The notes under the pieces: model-generated
The model's input: the letters and a program-made list of their open reading frames with translations, nothing else
Told to the model about the DNA's origin: nothing
The model's database searches: none
In this document: positions 30,529 through 41,184 of the stretch, piece after piece
How the letters are laid out: each line of letters begins with the position of its first letter
Position numbering within the stretch: position 1 is the stretch's first letter
Translations under genes and position numbers: made by a program
Assembly (NCBI GenBank): GCA_964636425.1
Contig: CAZWRU010000005.1
Coordinates: 4,982 to 68,981 of the forward strand
DNA length: 64,000 bases
Reading direction: 5' to 3'
DNA from: an uncultured Candidatus Bathyarchaeia archaeon
Lineage (GTDB): Archaea > Thermoproteota > Bathyarchaeia > Bathyarchaeales > Bathycorpusculaceae

Positions 30529-31617
30529 TCAATTAATGAAATTTGTTAAACCTGTTTTTTTGGCAATCTGAACTGCCTGTGCTGTTTCATCTTCAGTTAA
30601 CGTTCTCCTCAGTTCAGGAATTTCGTTAGCATGCCATTCTGGCCTATACTGAAACATAATATTAACTCTAGTACCTGTACCTAAGTTATCAGCTATCCAT
30701 CCTAAGATTGGTTTAGTGCAACATTCTAAATGACCTGGCAACACCAATACGCGTATTATAATTTCCCCATGTTTTTTAGCTTCTAAATGATTGTTTGTGC
30801 ATACATTCCAATAGTTAGGTGCTTGAGAAATTCTTTCAGCACAATTCCCTGGGCCATACTTGAAATCCAGTAGATATACATCTGCGAAACCTGCTAAGAG
30901 TTGGGCCGTTTCTGAACTGTAGTAACTATTCGAATTCCAAACCACTGGCACATTAACTTTTACGTACTGAAAGGTTTGTAACCACTGCCTTAGCCATGGC
31001 GTAGGCTCACCCCCAACAAGATTCACATTTATGCATCCTCCCAATCGTAACTTATCAATTTCAGCAGCAAGCATGCTGGGAGTGTACTTTCTGCTTTCTT
31101 CTGTCCATTGGGAAATGGTCCAGTTTTGACAATGACTGCATCGGATAGTACAGCCCATTGTAAAAATAGTTCCTGAAGGTACTAGCTCTGGTTCTTCTCC
31201 AGTATGCACAAAAATACTCGATACATCCATAGTGGTTCCGCACCCACAGTAACCTACATTTCCAGCGACTCGGTCTACACCGCATTTTCGTGCACAAAAA
31301 CTACATTGTTTAATTATTCTGTTTGCAATTTCAAGTTTCAAATCAAAATATGACTTCTCAAGATCAGGATACCTCATTGAAAAGTTTGTTCTATCTGATT
31401 CTTTTTCAATTCTGGAAAATTCTTCTTCACACTTGATATGTTCTCCCCAAAGCATCTCTAAAGAAAAATTTCGGTCAAAAGACGCAGGGGTCTTTTTAGC
31501 TATATTAAATTTAGCTTGCTTACAGTTTTTCATCACATCAAAATATCGTCCCAGGTTTTTCTTTGCAAGTGGGTCATTAGCAACAGTTGTTGCGTCTGAC
31601 CGTAGATTTCTCCACAT
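30529..31617 (-). CDS. radical SAM protein (PflX-like activase family)
   Basis: CxxxCxxC cluster CTIRCSHCQNW plus an upstream Cys-rich region CSFCARKCGVDR...GYCGC. The track ORF extends to 31758 and overlaps the upstream gene by 106 nt. ATG at 31615-31617 (MWRNLRSD) removes the overlap. Confidence 0.75.
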   Translation of the reverse strand: MWRNLRSDATTVANDPLAKKNLGRYFDVMKNCKQAKFNIAKKTPASFDRNFSLEMLWGEHIKCEEEFSRIEKESDRTNFSMRYPDLEKSYFDLKLEIANRIIKQCSFCARKCGVDRVAGNVGYCGCGTTMDVSSIFVHTGEEPELVPSGTIFTMGCTIRCSHCQNWTISQWTEESRKYTPSMLAAEIDKLRLGGCINVNLVGGEPTPWLRQWLQTFQYVKVNVPVVWNSNSYYSSETAQLLAGFADVYLLDFKYGPGNCAERISQAPNYWNVCTNNHLEAKKHGEIIIRVLVLPGHLECCTKPILGWIADNLGTGTRVNIMFQYRPEWHANEIPELRRTLTEDETAQAVQIAKKTGLTNFIN

Positions 31618-31652
31618 TGTCCCTCCATAGATACCGTTTGTAGAGTGATATA

Positions 31653-32708
31653 TTAAAAAAGGGCGTATGGAAATTTGAGGCCTGTTTGATGAAGTTTGCC
31701 TTTGATTGGGATATATTGATCGCAAACTAGGCAATGCATATCTGGAGTGAGATTCCACTGAGTAATTTCAAAACTATATCGCTTAATCACAGGTTCATCA
31801 CAATTTGGACAATATGTATTTTCGGCAGGGTGCCCCGAGACATTACCAATATACGGGTAGTTTAGCCCCACATTCTTACATGTCATGTAGGCTTTTTCCA
31901 ATGTTTCAATTGGAGTGGCGGGGGTAGCTGTCATTTTATAATCTGGGTGAAAACGTAAAAGATGAAATGGTGTATCTTGTCCTAGATACTCTTTGATCCA
32001 AGTTGCCATTTCCCTGATTTTGTCCATTGAATCCCCGGTTTTTGGGATCACTAAATTTGTAATTTCAATATGAACTCCGTTTAATTTGAGTTCTTTAAGT
32101 GCTTCATAAATTGGTTTCACGCTTGGAACCGCAGAGTAGCTCTTATAAAAGGCAGGATCCCCCCCCGCTTTAAAATCAACTGTCGCTGCATCCAAATAAG
32201 GTGCAATAGTTTTCACCGCTTCAGGAGTTAAGTAACCGTTTGTAACAAAGGTGTTAAAGAGACCCGCTTGTTTCGCCAGCTTGGCTGTATCTTTGGCGTA
32301 TTCCATATAGATTGTCGGTTCCGTATAGGTGTAACTTATTCCTTGGCAATTGCTTGTTTTTGCAGCTTTTACAATTTCTTCGGGGGGAAAATCCTTACCT
32401 GCTACTTCTTTTTCTTGACTTATCATCCAGTTGTCACAAAATTCGCAGCGAAAGTTACATCCTGCTGCGGCAACAGACAGTACATAGGATCCAGGATTAA
32501 AATGTGAGAGGGGTTTCTTACTGATAGGGTCAACACATGCCGAAACCGCTTTGCCATAGTTTAAAGAATAGAGAATACCCCCACGATTTTCCCTAACCAG
32601 ACAGAATCCTTTTGCGCCGTCACCGATACGACATCGTCGAGCGCAAAGGTAACACTTTACTTTATTGTCTTTTTCTCTCTGATAGAGTATCGCTTCATGC
32701 AAAGCCAA
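31653..32708 (-). CDS. radical SAM enzyme of the AmmeMemoRadiSam type
   Basis: 351-aa ORF. N-terminal CYLCARRCRI...GFC, radical SAM cluster AGCNFRCEFCDNW, and C-terminal CPNC...CLVC. Confidence 0.75.
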   Translation of the reverse strand: MALHEAILYQREKDNKVKCYLCARRCRIGDGAKGFCLVRENRGGILYSLNYGKAVSACVDPISKKPLSHFNPGSYVLSVAAAGCNFRCEFCDNWMISQEKEVAGKDFPPEEIVKAAKTSNCQGISYTYTEPTIYMEYAKDTAKLAKQAGLFNTFVTNGYLTPEAVKTIAPYLDAATVDFKAGGDPAFYKSYSAVPSVKPIYEALKELKLNGVHIEITNLVIPKTGDSMDKIREMATWIKEYLGQDTPFHLLRFHPDYKMTATPATPIETLEKAYMTCKNVGLNYPYIGNVSGHPAENTYCPNCDEPVIKRYSFEITQWNLTPDMHCLVCDQYIPIKGKLHQTGLKFPYALF

Positions 32709-32794
32709 TCCGATTTCACCTTCAAGCGGAAGAACATAACATAAACTAATAATAAAATAATAATTACGTTGTTAAAAAAAATTATGCGAGTGCT

Positions 32795-33130
32795 TTAGCA
32801 CTCAAATTCGTAGTGAAAACAGGTATCTTTTCCAGTATGACAAACTGGACCTTTCTGCTCTACAACATACAATAAAGCATCAAAATCACAGTCTGCAACG
32901 ACACGTTTTATTTTTTGCGTATGCCCTGAGGTTTCCCCCTTCATCCATAGTTGTTTTCTGCTTCTGCTCCAATAGTGTGCAAAACCTGTACTCAGAGTCT
33001 TTTGTAAGGCTTCTTTATTTGCATAGGCTAGCATAAGCATCTCCTTCGTGTTTGCATCCTGCACTACAACGGGGATGAGGCCGTCCATTTTTTTCCAGTC
33101 CAGATTCTCCACAAGATTCATTTTAGTCAT
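32795..33130 (-). CDS. hisI: phosphoribosyl-AMP cyclohydrolase (monofunctional)
   Basis: 111-aa [29 protein letters not shown], and C...CHTG. Confidence 0.9.
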   Translation of the reverse strand: MTKMNLVENLDWKKMDGLIPVVVQDANTKEMLMLAYANKEALQKTLSTGFAHYWSRSRKQLWMKGETSGHTQKIKRVVADCDFDALLYVVEQKGPVCHTGKDTCFHYEFEC

Positions 33131-33936
33131 GGTCTAATTGTCACCCCCATCTTTCGTAAATACTCCTTTACGACAGGTATAGGGTAATTGTTATAGTGAA
33201 ATACTGACGCTGCCAACGCAGCATCGGCTTTTCCTTTTGTGAACGCTTCTAGGAAATGTTCAGGTTTTCCGGCGCCTCCACTGGCAATGATGGGTACATT
33301 AACTCTTTCAGAGATTGCACATGTGAGTTCTAAATCGTAGCCATCTTTTGTTCCATCTCGGTCCATTGAAGTCACAAGGAATTCGCCTGCGCCAAGTTCC
33401 ATCGCTTTTATTGCCCACTCAATAGCATCTATGCCGGTGGGTTTTCTTCCGCCATAAGTGTAAACTTCAAACCAGACTGGGCCTTCGATAGTATCTATAA
33501 TAATTTTATCTTTTTGTTGGTTAAAGTTTCTTTTCGCATCTATTGCTACAACTACACATTGCTGCCCAAAAATATCCGCTAGTTTTGTTATCAGATTTGG
33601 ATTTTCTACTGCAGATGTATTCACAGAAATCTTGTCTGCTCCACTGCAAAGAATTAGCCTTGCGTCTTTTTCATTACGTATTCCGCCGCCAACAGTAAAA
33701 GGTATGTTTATCGTGCGTGCCACGCCTTCGACGACGCCTCTAAGCGTCTCACGATTATCCGAGGAGGCAGTAATATCTAGAAAGACTAGTTCATCCGCGC
33801 CTGCATCTGAATATCGCTTCGCTAACTCAACAGGATCTCCTGCCTTTTGTAGCTGAACAAAGTTTATACCCTTAACAACTTGGCCATCTGTTACATCTAG
33901 GCAAGGAATTATTCTCTTAGCTAAGGGCATATTCAT
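33127..33936 (-). CDS. hisF: imidazole glycerol phosphate synthase, cyclase subunit
   Basis: 269-aa [20 protein letters not shown], and SGGAG. Confidence 0.95.
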   Translation of the reverse strand: MNMPLAKRIIPCLDVTDGQVVKGINFVQLQKAGDPVELAKRYSDAGADELVFLDITASSDNRETLRGVVEGVARTINIPFTVGGGIRNEKDARLILCSGADKISVNTSAVENPNLITKLADIFGQQCVVVAIDAKRNFNQQKDKIIIDTIEGPVWFEVYTYGGRKPTGIDAIEWAIKAMELGAGEFLVTSMDRDGTKDGYDLELTCAISERVNVPIIASGGAGKPEHFLEAFTKGKADAALAASVFHYNNYPIPVVKEYLRKMGVTIRP

Positions 33937-34670
33937 TCTCCACTGACTGTTTTGATCGCTTCTGAGAGTGTAAATCTGCCTTCGTAGAGAGCTTTACCCA
34001 CAACAACGCCTTTAACTCCTACCCGCTTAAGTGTAACTAAATCGTTTATCCCACCGATACCACCAGCAGCGATTATATCAACACCAGGTGTTTTGCTAGC
34101 TTCGTTAAGGGTCTCTATGTCTGGTCCTTGTAACGTGCCATCTACCGCTATTGATGTTATGAAGAATGTCTTAATCTTTAAAGGGCGGAATTTATTCATA
34201 GCTTCTTCTATGGTAAACGATGTAGCAACTTGCCAGCCCATCATCATAACCTGTCCCTCTTTATTATCTAAGGCTACTATGACGTGTTCTGGGCCAAACT
34301 TATCTAATATTTGTGTAATCGCTTCGGGATTTGTAAACGCCAAAGCGCCAAAGATTACATGTTCAATTCCCGCTGATAGAAGTTTTTCTGCGGCTTCATA
34401 AGTTCGGATTCCACCACCAACTTGGATTGGTAAAGAAGTAGCTTTTGCGATTTCGGTAATTGTATCCAAATTATCCCCTCTACCGAAAGCTGCGTCCAAG
34501 TCTATTATGTGGATTCTCTTTGCTCCTTCCGATTTCCATTTTAAAGCAACTTCTACTGGCGATCCTAAATGGTCGTAGATTTTAGCGGTATTTGGATCTC
34601 CACGGGTTAATCGAACAACTTTTCCCTTGATCAAATCTATTGCGGGAATAATTTGTATTTCATTTGTCAT
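33933..34670 (-). CDS. hisA: ProFAR isomerase
   Basis: 245-aa [18 protein letters not shown] and VGGGIR. Confidence 0.95.
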   Translation of the reverse strand: MTNEIQIIPAIDLIKGKVVRLTRGDPNTAKIYDHLGSPVEVALKWKSEGAKRIHIIDLDAAFGRGDNLDTITEIAKATSLPIQVGGGIRTYEAAEKLLSAGIEHVIFGALAFTNPEAITQILDKFGPEHVIVALDNKEGQVMMMGWQVATSFTIEEAMNKFRPLKIKTFFITSIAVDGTLQGPDIETLNEASKTPGVDIIAAGGIGGINDLVTLKRVGVKGVVVGKALYEGRFTLSEAIKTVSGE

Positions 34671-35272
34671 TTTGTAATCACCCTAGCAAAGTTTTTCAGA
34701 ATTTTTAAACCAATCTCACCTGATTTTTCAGGGTGAAACTGAGTGCCGTAAATATTTTTCTTAGCCACTGATGAAGTGAATGTCTCGCCATACTTGGTTT
34801 CAGTGCATATTATTTGCTTCTCTTCTGGAACTGGGTAAAGAGAGTGCACAAAGTATACATAGGTCTCGTCGTTGATGTCACTAACAAGTTCGTTTTGCTT
34901 AGTAATTTTAATAGAGTTCCAGCCCATGTGCGGCACCTTCACGGGACCAATTAATCTAACGTCTTTGCCTCTAAAAAAGGATAAGCCTTTTCCTGGACCT
35001 TCTTCGCTTGTTTCAAAGAACAATTGTAACCCCAAGCAAATTCCCAGAATGGGTGTACCGTCATTAACTATGTCTATTAGCTGTTCTTTTATTGGTTTTA
35101 GGGCCTCTGCTGCTGCCGAAAAGTTTCCTACCCCGGGTAATGCAATGGCCTCTGCGTTTTTTATTTTTTGGTTGGGCTTTGCTATTATTGCCTCTACTCC
35201 TACCTTCTCAAATGCGACTTTGAGACTTAGTAAGTTACCTACACCATAATCAATTATGTGAATCTGAGGCAT
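34667..35272 (-). CDS. hisH: imidazole glycerol phosphate synthase, glutaminase subunit
   Basis: 201-aa ORF. LPGVGNF, nucleophile GICLGLQ, and FHPEKS. Confidence 0.95.
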   Translation of the reverse strand: MPQIHIIDYGVGNLLSLKVAFEKVGVEAIIAKPNQKIKNAEAIALPGVGNFSAAAEALKPIKEQLIDIVNDGTPILGICLGLQLFFETSEEGPGKGLSFFRGKDVRLIGPVKVPHMGWNSIKITKQNELVSDINDETYVYFVHSLYPVPEEKQIICTETKYGETFTSSVAKKNIYGTQFHPEKSGEIGLKILKNFARVITK

Positions 35273-35847
35273 TAAATAACTCCTTTTGAGCTGGGGATTC
35301 CTTTTCTCCGCGGATCTAATGCTATAGCTTGCTTAAGTGATAAAGCAAGTGCTTTAATTGCTGCTTCGGCTTTGTGGTGATCATTGCCTCCGTATTGAAC
35401 CCAGACGTGGATATTTGCGGATAATGAAATGGCGAGAGTTTCAAAGAAGTGAATTATGTCTTCAGTTGCCATGTCTTCAATCTTTTTGCCTCTAAGCTTC
35501 AGGTCGATTACAGCATAAGGTCGTTTAACCAAGTCTATGGCTGCAAAAGCTACTGCCTCGTCCATGGGTACAACTGCATATCCGAAGCGAATTATTCCTT
35601 CTCTACCCGCTAATGCCTTGCTTAGAGCTTCGCCTAATCCTATAGCTAAATCCTCTATTGAATGGTGTTTAAGATCACCCTTTACTTTTGCAGAAAGATC
35701 AATTAGGCTATGTGTGGCAAAAGAAGTTATTAAATGGTCAAAGAAGGAAATTCCGGTTCCCACCTCGACTTTTCCTTCCCCATCTAAATTTGCCTTTATC
35801 GTAACTTCGGTTTCACGAGTTTTTCTGTATACCTCATCGGTTCTCAA
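35272..35847 (-). CDS. hisB: imidazoleglycerol-phosphate dehydratase
   Basis: 191-aa ORF. RKTRETEV start, HHSIEDLAI, and NDHHKAEA. Confidence 0.95.
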   Translation of the reverse strand: MRTDEVYRKTRETEVTIKANLDGEGKVEVGTGISFFDHLITSFATHSLIDLSAKVKGDLKHHSIEDLAIGLGEALSKALAGREGIIRFGYAVVPMDEAVAFAAIDLVKRPYAVIDLKLRGKKIEDMATEDIIHFFETLAISLSANIHVWVQYGGNDHHKAEAAIKALALSLKQAIALDPRRKGIPSSKGVI

Positions 35848-36965
35848 GATTTTTCCCTCATATATTCTTTCAGAGCTGATAGAAGTTTAGTGTTCATTTC
35901 AGGTAGCCCAACGGTGGTTCGAAGACAATTCTCATAGTTGATAAGTTTTCCTAGCTTCTTAATTACCAAGCCTTTTCTTAAAGCTGCTTCATATACCATT
36001 TCATAGGGCTTTTCAGTGCGGAACAGTACAAAGTTTGCTTTGGAATCAAAGGCTTCAACTCCTGGTATGTTATTTAATTCGTTTATGAGTCTTCCACGTT
36101 CCGCTTTCAATGCAGTCACTGATTCTCGCATCAATCCGATGTTTTCTATCATTTTACTGCCCATACTTAAGGAAACAACATTTACTGGATAAGGCGCTGG
36201 CATTTTATCGATTGCTTTCGCTAATCTTGGATTTGCGACAGCATAACCTAATCTTAGTCCCGCTAAACTAAACGCTTTAGAGAAAGTACGCAGAACAATC
36301 AAGTTTTCGTATTTGTTTATTAACTGAACAACTGAGTAATCCGCATACTCAGCATAAGCCTCGTCAACTAGAACTATCCCTGGGAACTCTTCGATTAACG
36401 CTTCAATTTCCCTCGGCTTCAATTGATTGGCAGTAGGATTGTTAGGTGAGCAAAGATAAAGCAGCTTCGAATCTGGAGTAAATTCTTTTCTCATTGCATC
36501 AATGTCTACTGAGAAGTCATCTTTGAGAGGTATGGTGACAAATTTTGCGCCCTGATATTGGACACAATACTTAAAGATGGTGAATGTGGGTATGAATGTC
36601 ACGGCGGTATTTCCTGCTTCAAGGAAAATACGTATTACTCTCTCCATAACCTCGTCACTAGAGTTGCCGAGGGTTACAGATTCAGGTGTGACCTGAAGGT
36701 ACTCGCCGATTTTCTGTTTAAGTTTGTTTTCTTCTTCTTGGGGATAAATTCTAAAGTCGCATTCTTCTGCAACTTCTTTGAGTAGCGGAATTACTTTTTC
36801 TCTGGGGATGTAAAGATTCTCATTATAGTTAAGTTTCACAATATCATTTGGAGATAAATCGTATTCTTTGGCAATCGTTTCGTTTGTTTTTTCTGCATTG
36901 TAGCTTTCAGAACTTTGAAGTTTAGAAAGTTTTTTATCTAGCCAATTCTTACAGGTAGCGTTCAC
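35844..36965 (-). CDS. hisC: histidinol-phosphate aminotransferase
   Basis: 373-aa ORF. NPTANQL, VDEAY, and PLP-lysine region TFSKAFSLAGLRLGY. Confidence 0.9.
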   Translation of the reverse strand: MNATCKNWLDKKLSKLQSSESYNAEKTNETIAKEYDLSPNDIVKLNYNENLYIPREKVIPLLKEVAEECDFRIYPQEEENKLKQKIGEYLQVTPESVTLGNSSDEVMERVIRIFLEAGNTAVTFIPTFTIFKYCVQYQGAKFVTIPLKDDFSVDIDAMRKEFTPDSKLLYLCSPNNPTANQLKPREIEALIEEFPGIVLVDEAYAEYADYSVVQLINKYENLIVLRTFSKAFSLAGLRLGYAVANPRLAKAIDKMPAPYPVNVVSLSMGSKMIENIGLMRESVTALKAERGRLINELNNIPGVEAFDSKANFVLFRTEKPYEMVYEAALRKGLVIKKLGKLINYENCLRTTVGLPEMNTKLLSALKEYMREKS

Positions 36966-38269
36966 TTTTCAAACCTCGCTTCTACTGCTTTATAGTGATT
37001 AGGTAATCTTTCAGCAGTTGTTAAGATTTCTATGCTGTCTTTTACCCTTAGAAGTCCCTCTTTTGTGCTTTTAACTATGTTGACTCTTCTGGTGAAATCA
37101 AGAACCGATAGACCTGAAAAAGTATATCCGAAACCTCCAGTAGGCAATACATGATTCGTTCCGCTTCCATAATCGCTTAAGGCAACGGGGCTATATGGTC
37201 CAAGCAAGATTACACCTGCGGAAGTAATTTTTTCGGCTATTTTCATCGAATCTTTAGTCATTATCTCTAAATGTTCAGATGCAAAAACATTCGCCAAATT
37301 AACTAGTTCATCGTTGTTCTCGCAAACAATTACGAATCCATAATCTGACAATGATTGCTCGATAATTTCTTTTCTTTCCGCTGAACTAGTCATCTGCTGA
37401 AGATAGTCTTGAACTTTTTTAGCTATCTCCTCTGAGGTAGTTATCAGTCCCGCAACACTATCGATTCCGTGCTCAGCTTGACTGATCATATCCGCGGCAA
37501 TAAGCTTAGCCTCTGCAGTATCATCTGCGAGAATTAATACTTCGCTTGGTCCAGCCGGCATATCAATGGCTACGTCTTGCGAAACCATAATTTTGGCCGC
37601 TGTCACATATTTGCTTCCTGGACCGACTATCTTCCTTACAGGTTTGATGGTTTCAGTACCATAGGCTAACGCGGCTATAGCTTGGACTCCGCCGACTTTA
37701 TAGATTTCATTAACCTTGCAGATATCAGCCGCCACCAAAATTAATGGATTAATTGTGCCTTGAGCTGTAGGTGGTGAACAGACTACAATTCTAGATACGC
37801 CAGCTACTTTTGCAGGTGTAGCGGTCATAACAACTGTACTGGGGTATGCTGCTAATCCCCCTGGTACGTAACATCCCACGCTTTCAATAGGCCGTAACGT
37901 AGTTTTAACGCAAATGCCTTCTTTAGTTGTTACGAGGGGTTGTTGTGTTAACGTTAATTCATCAATTGTATTGAGCTTTTTCTGCATTAATTTCAGGGCT
38001 TCAATTTGTTCTTTGCTAACTGATTTGTAGGCCTCTTTGATTTCTTCAGCGCTTACTCTTAGATCCTTAGCGGTAAGCACAGTTTTATCAAATTTCTCTG
38101 TGAACTCTAATAAAGCTCTGTCGCCTTTTGCTTTAACTGCTTCTACTACTTCTTTGACTGTTTTTTCGAGAGCTGAGTTGTCTTTTTCATTTAGTGATTT
38201 TATTCTTTTAAACCAATCTGGAGGGAGAGTTGCTGTTGTCCAGATTTTTATTGTGAATTGTTTGGACAT
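36962..38269 (-). CDS. hisD: histidinol dehydrogenase
   Basis: 435-aa [23 protein letters not shown], and SEHLE. Confidence 0.95.
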   Translation of the reverse strand: MSKQFTIKIWTTATLPPDWFKRIKSLNEKDNSALEKTVKEVVEAVKAKGDRALLEFTEKFDKTVLTAKDLRVSAEEIKEAYKSVSKEQIEALKLMQKKLNTIDELTLTQQPLVTTKEGICVKTTLRPIESVGCYVPGGLAAYPSTVVMTATPAKVAGVSRIVVCSPPTAQGTINPLILVAADICKVNEIYKVGGVQAIAALAYGTETIKPVRKIVGPGSKYVTAAKIMVSQDVAIDMPAGPSEVLILADDTAEAKLIAADMISQAEHGIDSVAGLITTSEEIAKKVQDYLQQMTSSAERKEIIEQSLSDYGFVIVCENNDELVNLANVFASEHLEIMTKDSMKIAEKITSAGVILLGPYSPVALSDYGSGTNHVLPTGGFGYTFSGLSVLDFTRRVNIVKSTKEGLLRVKDSIEILTTAERLPNHYKAVEARFEK

Positions 38270-39249
38270 CTGTTTTCTTTTCTCCGTTCTATCTCATCTA
38301 ACGCCAGTACCTGCCTTGGTTCATACACTACTAAGCCTTGTGCGATTTTGCGTATTTTGGGTAAGAGCTCTATTAGGCAGTTTTTCTCAATTACAGTGTT
38401 AACGCTGACCCAAGAATCGTCTGCTAAAGGAGAAATCGTTGGGTTTTTTAGAGCAGGTAACTCGGTGAGCAGTCTCTGAAGATTGTTCTTCTTAACGTTA
38501 ACGAATATGTGGATTCTTTTTGATCCGTCAACGACACCTTTCAGGAGTGCAACTATGTCATAGATTTTCTCACGTTTTTCTAAATCTTCAAGAGCTTTCT
38601 TGTTGGCGATAAGTATGGCCGATGATACCATGACCGTATCTATTATGCGCAGGTTATTTGCCTCAATAGTGGTACCTGTTTCTGTTACATCCATAATACA
38701 ATCGCTGTTTTCTGGCGGTTTTGCTTCTGTTGCACCAAACGATAAGAAAATTTTAGCTCTTGGATTATCGCCCTTCCTCCACCATGGCGTCACAATCATT
38801 GGCTCTTTATCTCCGAAACGTTTCTTGTACTCAGGTGTGTTCTTGAGGTATTCTGAAGCTATGTTAAGGTATTCTGTGCTGACCCGGAAGTTCTTTTCCT
38901 GACTCCAGATTTCTTCCATGAAGCCTCCTAAGGTTATGTTTTCCTTGAGACTTTTTGGAACTGCAATTACAAGTCTAATTTTACCGTATTCCAGGTTCTG
39001 CAAAATCTCTACATCAGCGCGGTTTTCCCTAACCCAATCCTCACCGGTTATGCCGAGATCCTGCAGACCTTCTGAAACAAAAACGGGAATTTCTTGGGGT
39101 CGCAGAACCTTCATCTCTATCTGTGGGTCATTAATGCTTGGTCGGTATGTTCGTTCTGTTAAGCCTATTTTAAACCCTGATTTTGAGAAGAATTCTGCTG
39201 TTGCTTTTTCTAAAGAGCCTTTTGGTATAGCAAATTTTAATTTATCCAT
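38248..39249 (-). CDS. hisG: ATP phosphoribosyltransferase (long form with C-terminal regulatory domain)
   Basis: LKFAIPKGSLE start and DVTETGTT motif. The track start is GTG 39258. ATG at 39247-39249 sits 5 nt after a GGTGAT SD-like motif and is preferred. Confidence 0.9.
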   Translation of the reverse strand: MDKLKFAIPKGSLEKATAEFFSKSGFKIGLTERTYRPSINDPQIEMKVLRPQEIPVFVSEGLQDLGITGEDWVRENRADVEILQNLEYGKIRLVIAVPKSLKENITLGGFMEEIWSQEKNFRVSTEYLNIASEYLKNTPEYKKRFGDKEPMIVTPWWRKGDNPRAKIFLSFGATEAKPPENSDCIMDVTETGTTIEANNLRIIDTVMVSSAILIANKKALEDLEKREKIYDIVALLKGVVDGSKRIHIFVNVKKNNLQRLLTELPALKNPTISPLADDSWVSVNTVIEKNCLIELLPKIRKIAQGLVVYEPRQVLALDEIERRKENRCPNNSQ

Positions 39250-39523
39250 TTCAATCACCTATTTTTATCATAGTAGAATTTTTCAGTCTATTCGCTGGTT
39301 CTTTTTTACTTTTGAGAAAATCTAATTGTTGAGAGAATATGCGTACGATAGAATAAGTTTTCGTGGTTAAACGAACAGTTTTTCGATTGCACTTATTGAA
39401 GATGAATGCAATCGCCTTTGGTGAACGCAATCCCTCATCTTTCTCACTAAGCGCACAATTTAGTGCGTCTTTCTTATAAAGTTATCTTGGGTAATTATCG
39501 ATTTAAAGCTTAACGAAGATTTC

Positions 39524-40114
39524 TTATATGGATACTTTGGTTAGTCCCTTCTTTATTTCAAAAACTATGGGTGGAACACTTGTTTTAGTATCTAATTCGA
39601 TATCTAGTAATCCTTCAAGAAGACCTGCAAGAATTTCTGATTCGATAACGAACGGTGTTTTAACGAGAAGGTACTTGTCTCTTAGGTAAAATTCGCCAAA
39701 GCCCTGTATTCCCAGTCTTTTAAATACACTCTCCCAGTTATTTGGCGTTATAGTCATCACATCTAGAGTTGTTTCCATTGCAACTTTCAAAGCAGACCCC
39801 ATCGTTTTACCTATCTGTCTCCACTTCTCTTTAGGCGTGTTCTGGATGAGAATATTTAACAACTCAATATTTACAAAAGCAATCCTGCTGATGCCATAAT
39901 AGTATTCTCCGGGAAACCTCCAATCATAAACCATCAGGCTCTTGTAGATATCAAGCATTTTGCTGATAAGAGGTTTAATGCCCGCTTCTTTACCCTCTCG
40001 GATCAGTGAGTCTATGTATTCTCTCTCTTCTTTTTCAAGTATTATAGTTGTTCTTCTTGTGGCTTCTTCTCTTTCTGGAGGGCTTGTCGCGGTGTTCTTA
40101 CTATCGCTGTGCAT
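39524..40114 (-). CDS. putative regulator: ribbon-helix-helix-like N-terminus plus V4R-like C-terminal domain
   Basis: 196-aa ORF. TTIILEKEEREYIDSLIREG resembles an RHH strand-helix. The C-terminal GFGEFYLRDKYLLVKTPF...LAGLLEGLL resembles the V4R small-molecule-binding fold as I recall it. Confidence 0.4.
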   Translation of the reverse strand: MHSDSKNTATSPPEREEATRRTTIILEKEEREYIDSLIREGKEAGIKPLISKMLDIYKSLMVYDWRFPGEYYYGISRIAFVNIELLNILIQNTPKEKWRQIGKTMGSALKVAMETTLDVMTITPNNWESVFKRLGIQGFGEFYLRDKYLLVKTPFVIESEILAGLLEGLLDIELDTKTSVPPIVFEIKKGLTKVSI

Positions 40115-40272
40115 ATCTAATATTCCCGCAGATATATTTTATATGTTTTTCTAAAAGATGCGTCATATCAACGAAGACTTAATAACTGCTGAAACGGATT
40201 CTAGAAAATGCCGATGACGAACTTTAAAAAGCTGAAGTGATGATGCACCCTGGGGTATCCGAGGCAAAAAAA

Positions 40273-40518
40273 TTAAGTAATTATTTTCTTTTGCACAAGG
40301 AGTCGCATCATTACTAATCCAATTATGAACAGGACAAGTCCTATTGCGAATGAGGCCGCAAGATTCACGTTTAGAACAACTGCTAGCCCATATATTATGT
40401 AGGTCGGTCCGGCGAAAATTAGGAAAGCAGATATTATAGTTAGAAGTGTCTTTCCGAATTTCGTAGTTATGAAGCTATTGTTTTCTTCGTTTTCTGACAT
40501 GCAAACCCTTCCATGCAT
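40273..40518 (-). CDS. small membrane protein (2 TM)
   Basis: 81-aa ORF with two hydrophobic helices. 9 nt downstream of the PAC2 gene. Confidence 0.4.
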   Translation of the reverse strand: MHGRVCMSENEENNSFITTKFGKTLLTIISAFLIFAGPTYIIYGLAVVLNVNLAASFAIGLVLFIIGLVMMRLLVQKKIIT

Positions 40519-40527
40519 TACTCTTAG

Positions 40528-41184
40528 CTAATGTGTTTCTTGTAATCCTTCTTTTATCTCTTTTCCTAAAACATTCATCAAAAACTTGAAAGTCAGGAAG
40601 CTAGCATTCTTATCAGTCTTAAATCCTGTGGTGGACCCTAATAAACACACGCCGTCTAATCCTTTTTCTTTTGCCAATGCCAAAGTCAATCCTGTTCCTC
40701 CTACTATTTTACCTCGACTATAAATGGCTGCACCTTTGTTTGTAAATTCTGTAGTAAGTTTGGACGAAGTGCCGGCAATAAAAACCTGAGCTTTTTCTTC
40801 AGTTATAGGCACACCCCCGATAGTGATGATAAATTGCGCCCCCTGTTTTTTAACATAATCTACAATTTCACTGCAAACCTGATAATGCGCTAAAACATCA
40901 TCAAAAGAAGGTTGGGTTTCCCCTGTCATTATTATAAAATTAGTGTTGTCTACAGTGGCAGAATAAAAATCGTATCGTGGAAGACGGCATATACCCTTGG
41001 AACTAACGGCTACATAGTCAGGAAAACTCGGTGAATACAATTCCGCGAAAGGCTTGGCTCCAAAATTCTTAACCAGCAGTTGGGCCGTAATTCTTCCAAT
41101 GTTGCCAAAACCTGGTAGTCCCTGAATGAAAATAGGCTTTTCTAAAGATGGCTTTGAAATTTCGTGCAGGTATGGCTTATCCAT
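40528..41184 (-). CDS. PAC2-family proteasome assembly chaperone-like protein
   Basis: IFIQGLPGFGNIGRITAQLL is typical of archaeal PAC2 proteins. The track start at 41283 adds a non-conserved extension, so ATG at 41182-41184 (MDKPYLHEI) is preferred. Confidence 0.7.
   Translation of the reverse strand: MDKPYLHEISKPSLEKPIFIQGLPGFGNIGRITAQLLVKNFGAKPFAELYSPSFPDYVAVSSKGICRLPRYDFYSATVDNTNFIIMTGETQPSFDDVLAHYQVCSEIVDYVKKQGAQFIITIGGVPITEEKAQVFIAGTSSKLTTEFTNKGAAIYSRGKIVGGTGLTLALAKEKGLDGVCLLGSTTGFKTDKNASFLTFKFLMNVLGKEIKEGLQETH

Noticed and set aside
32795-39249. Absence of hisE from the otherwise complete his operon
   Set aside because: Monofunctional hisI with hisE encoded elsewhere is common, so on its own this is not evidence of anything unusual. 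It can only be judged with the whole genome.
38037-39325. Plus-strand ORFs of 73-135 aa (38037-38402, 38258-38479, 38600-38902, 38918-39325) across hisD and hisG
   Set aside because: All are antisense to strongly supported his genes and have no motifs. Similar shadow ORFs occur opposite purL, tldD, pgk, gap, purD and the NOX-like gene, and I rejected those for the same reason.
40211-40262. Possible C/D-box sRNA (CCGATGA ... CTGA ... GTGATGA ... CCGA) in the spacer between two minus-strand genes
   Set aside because: Only the internal C'-like box (GTGATGA) and D'-like box (CTGA) are canonical. The terminal C and D boxes are degenerate, the guide spacers are 14-15 nt rather than about 12, and D' and C' are separated by only 1-2 nt. 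I found no terminal stem. This is too weak to call without a covariance or box-scanning tool.
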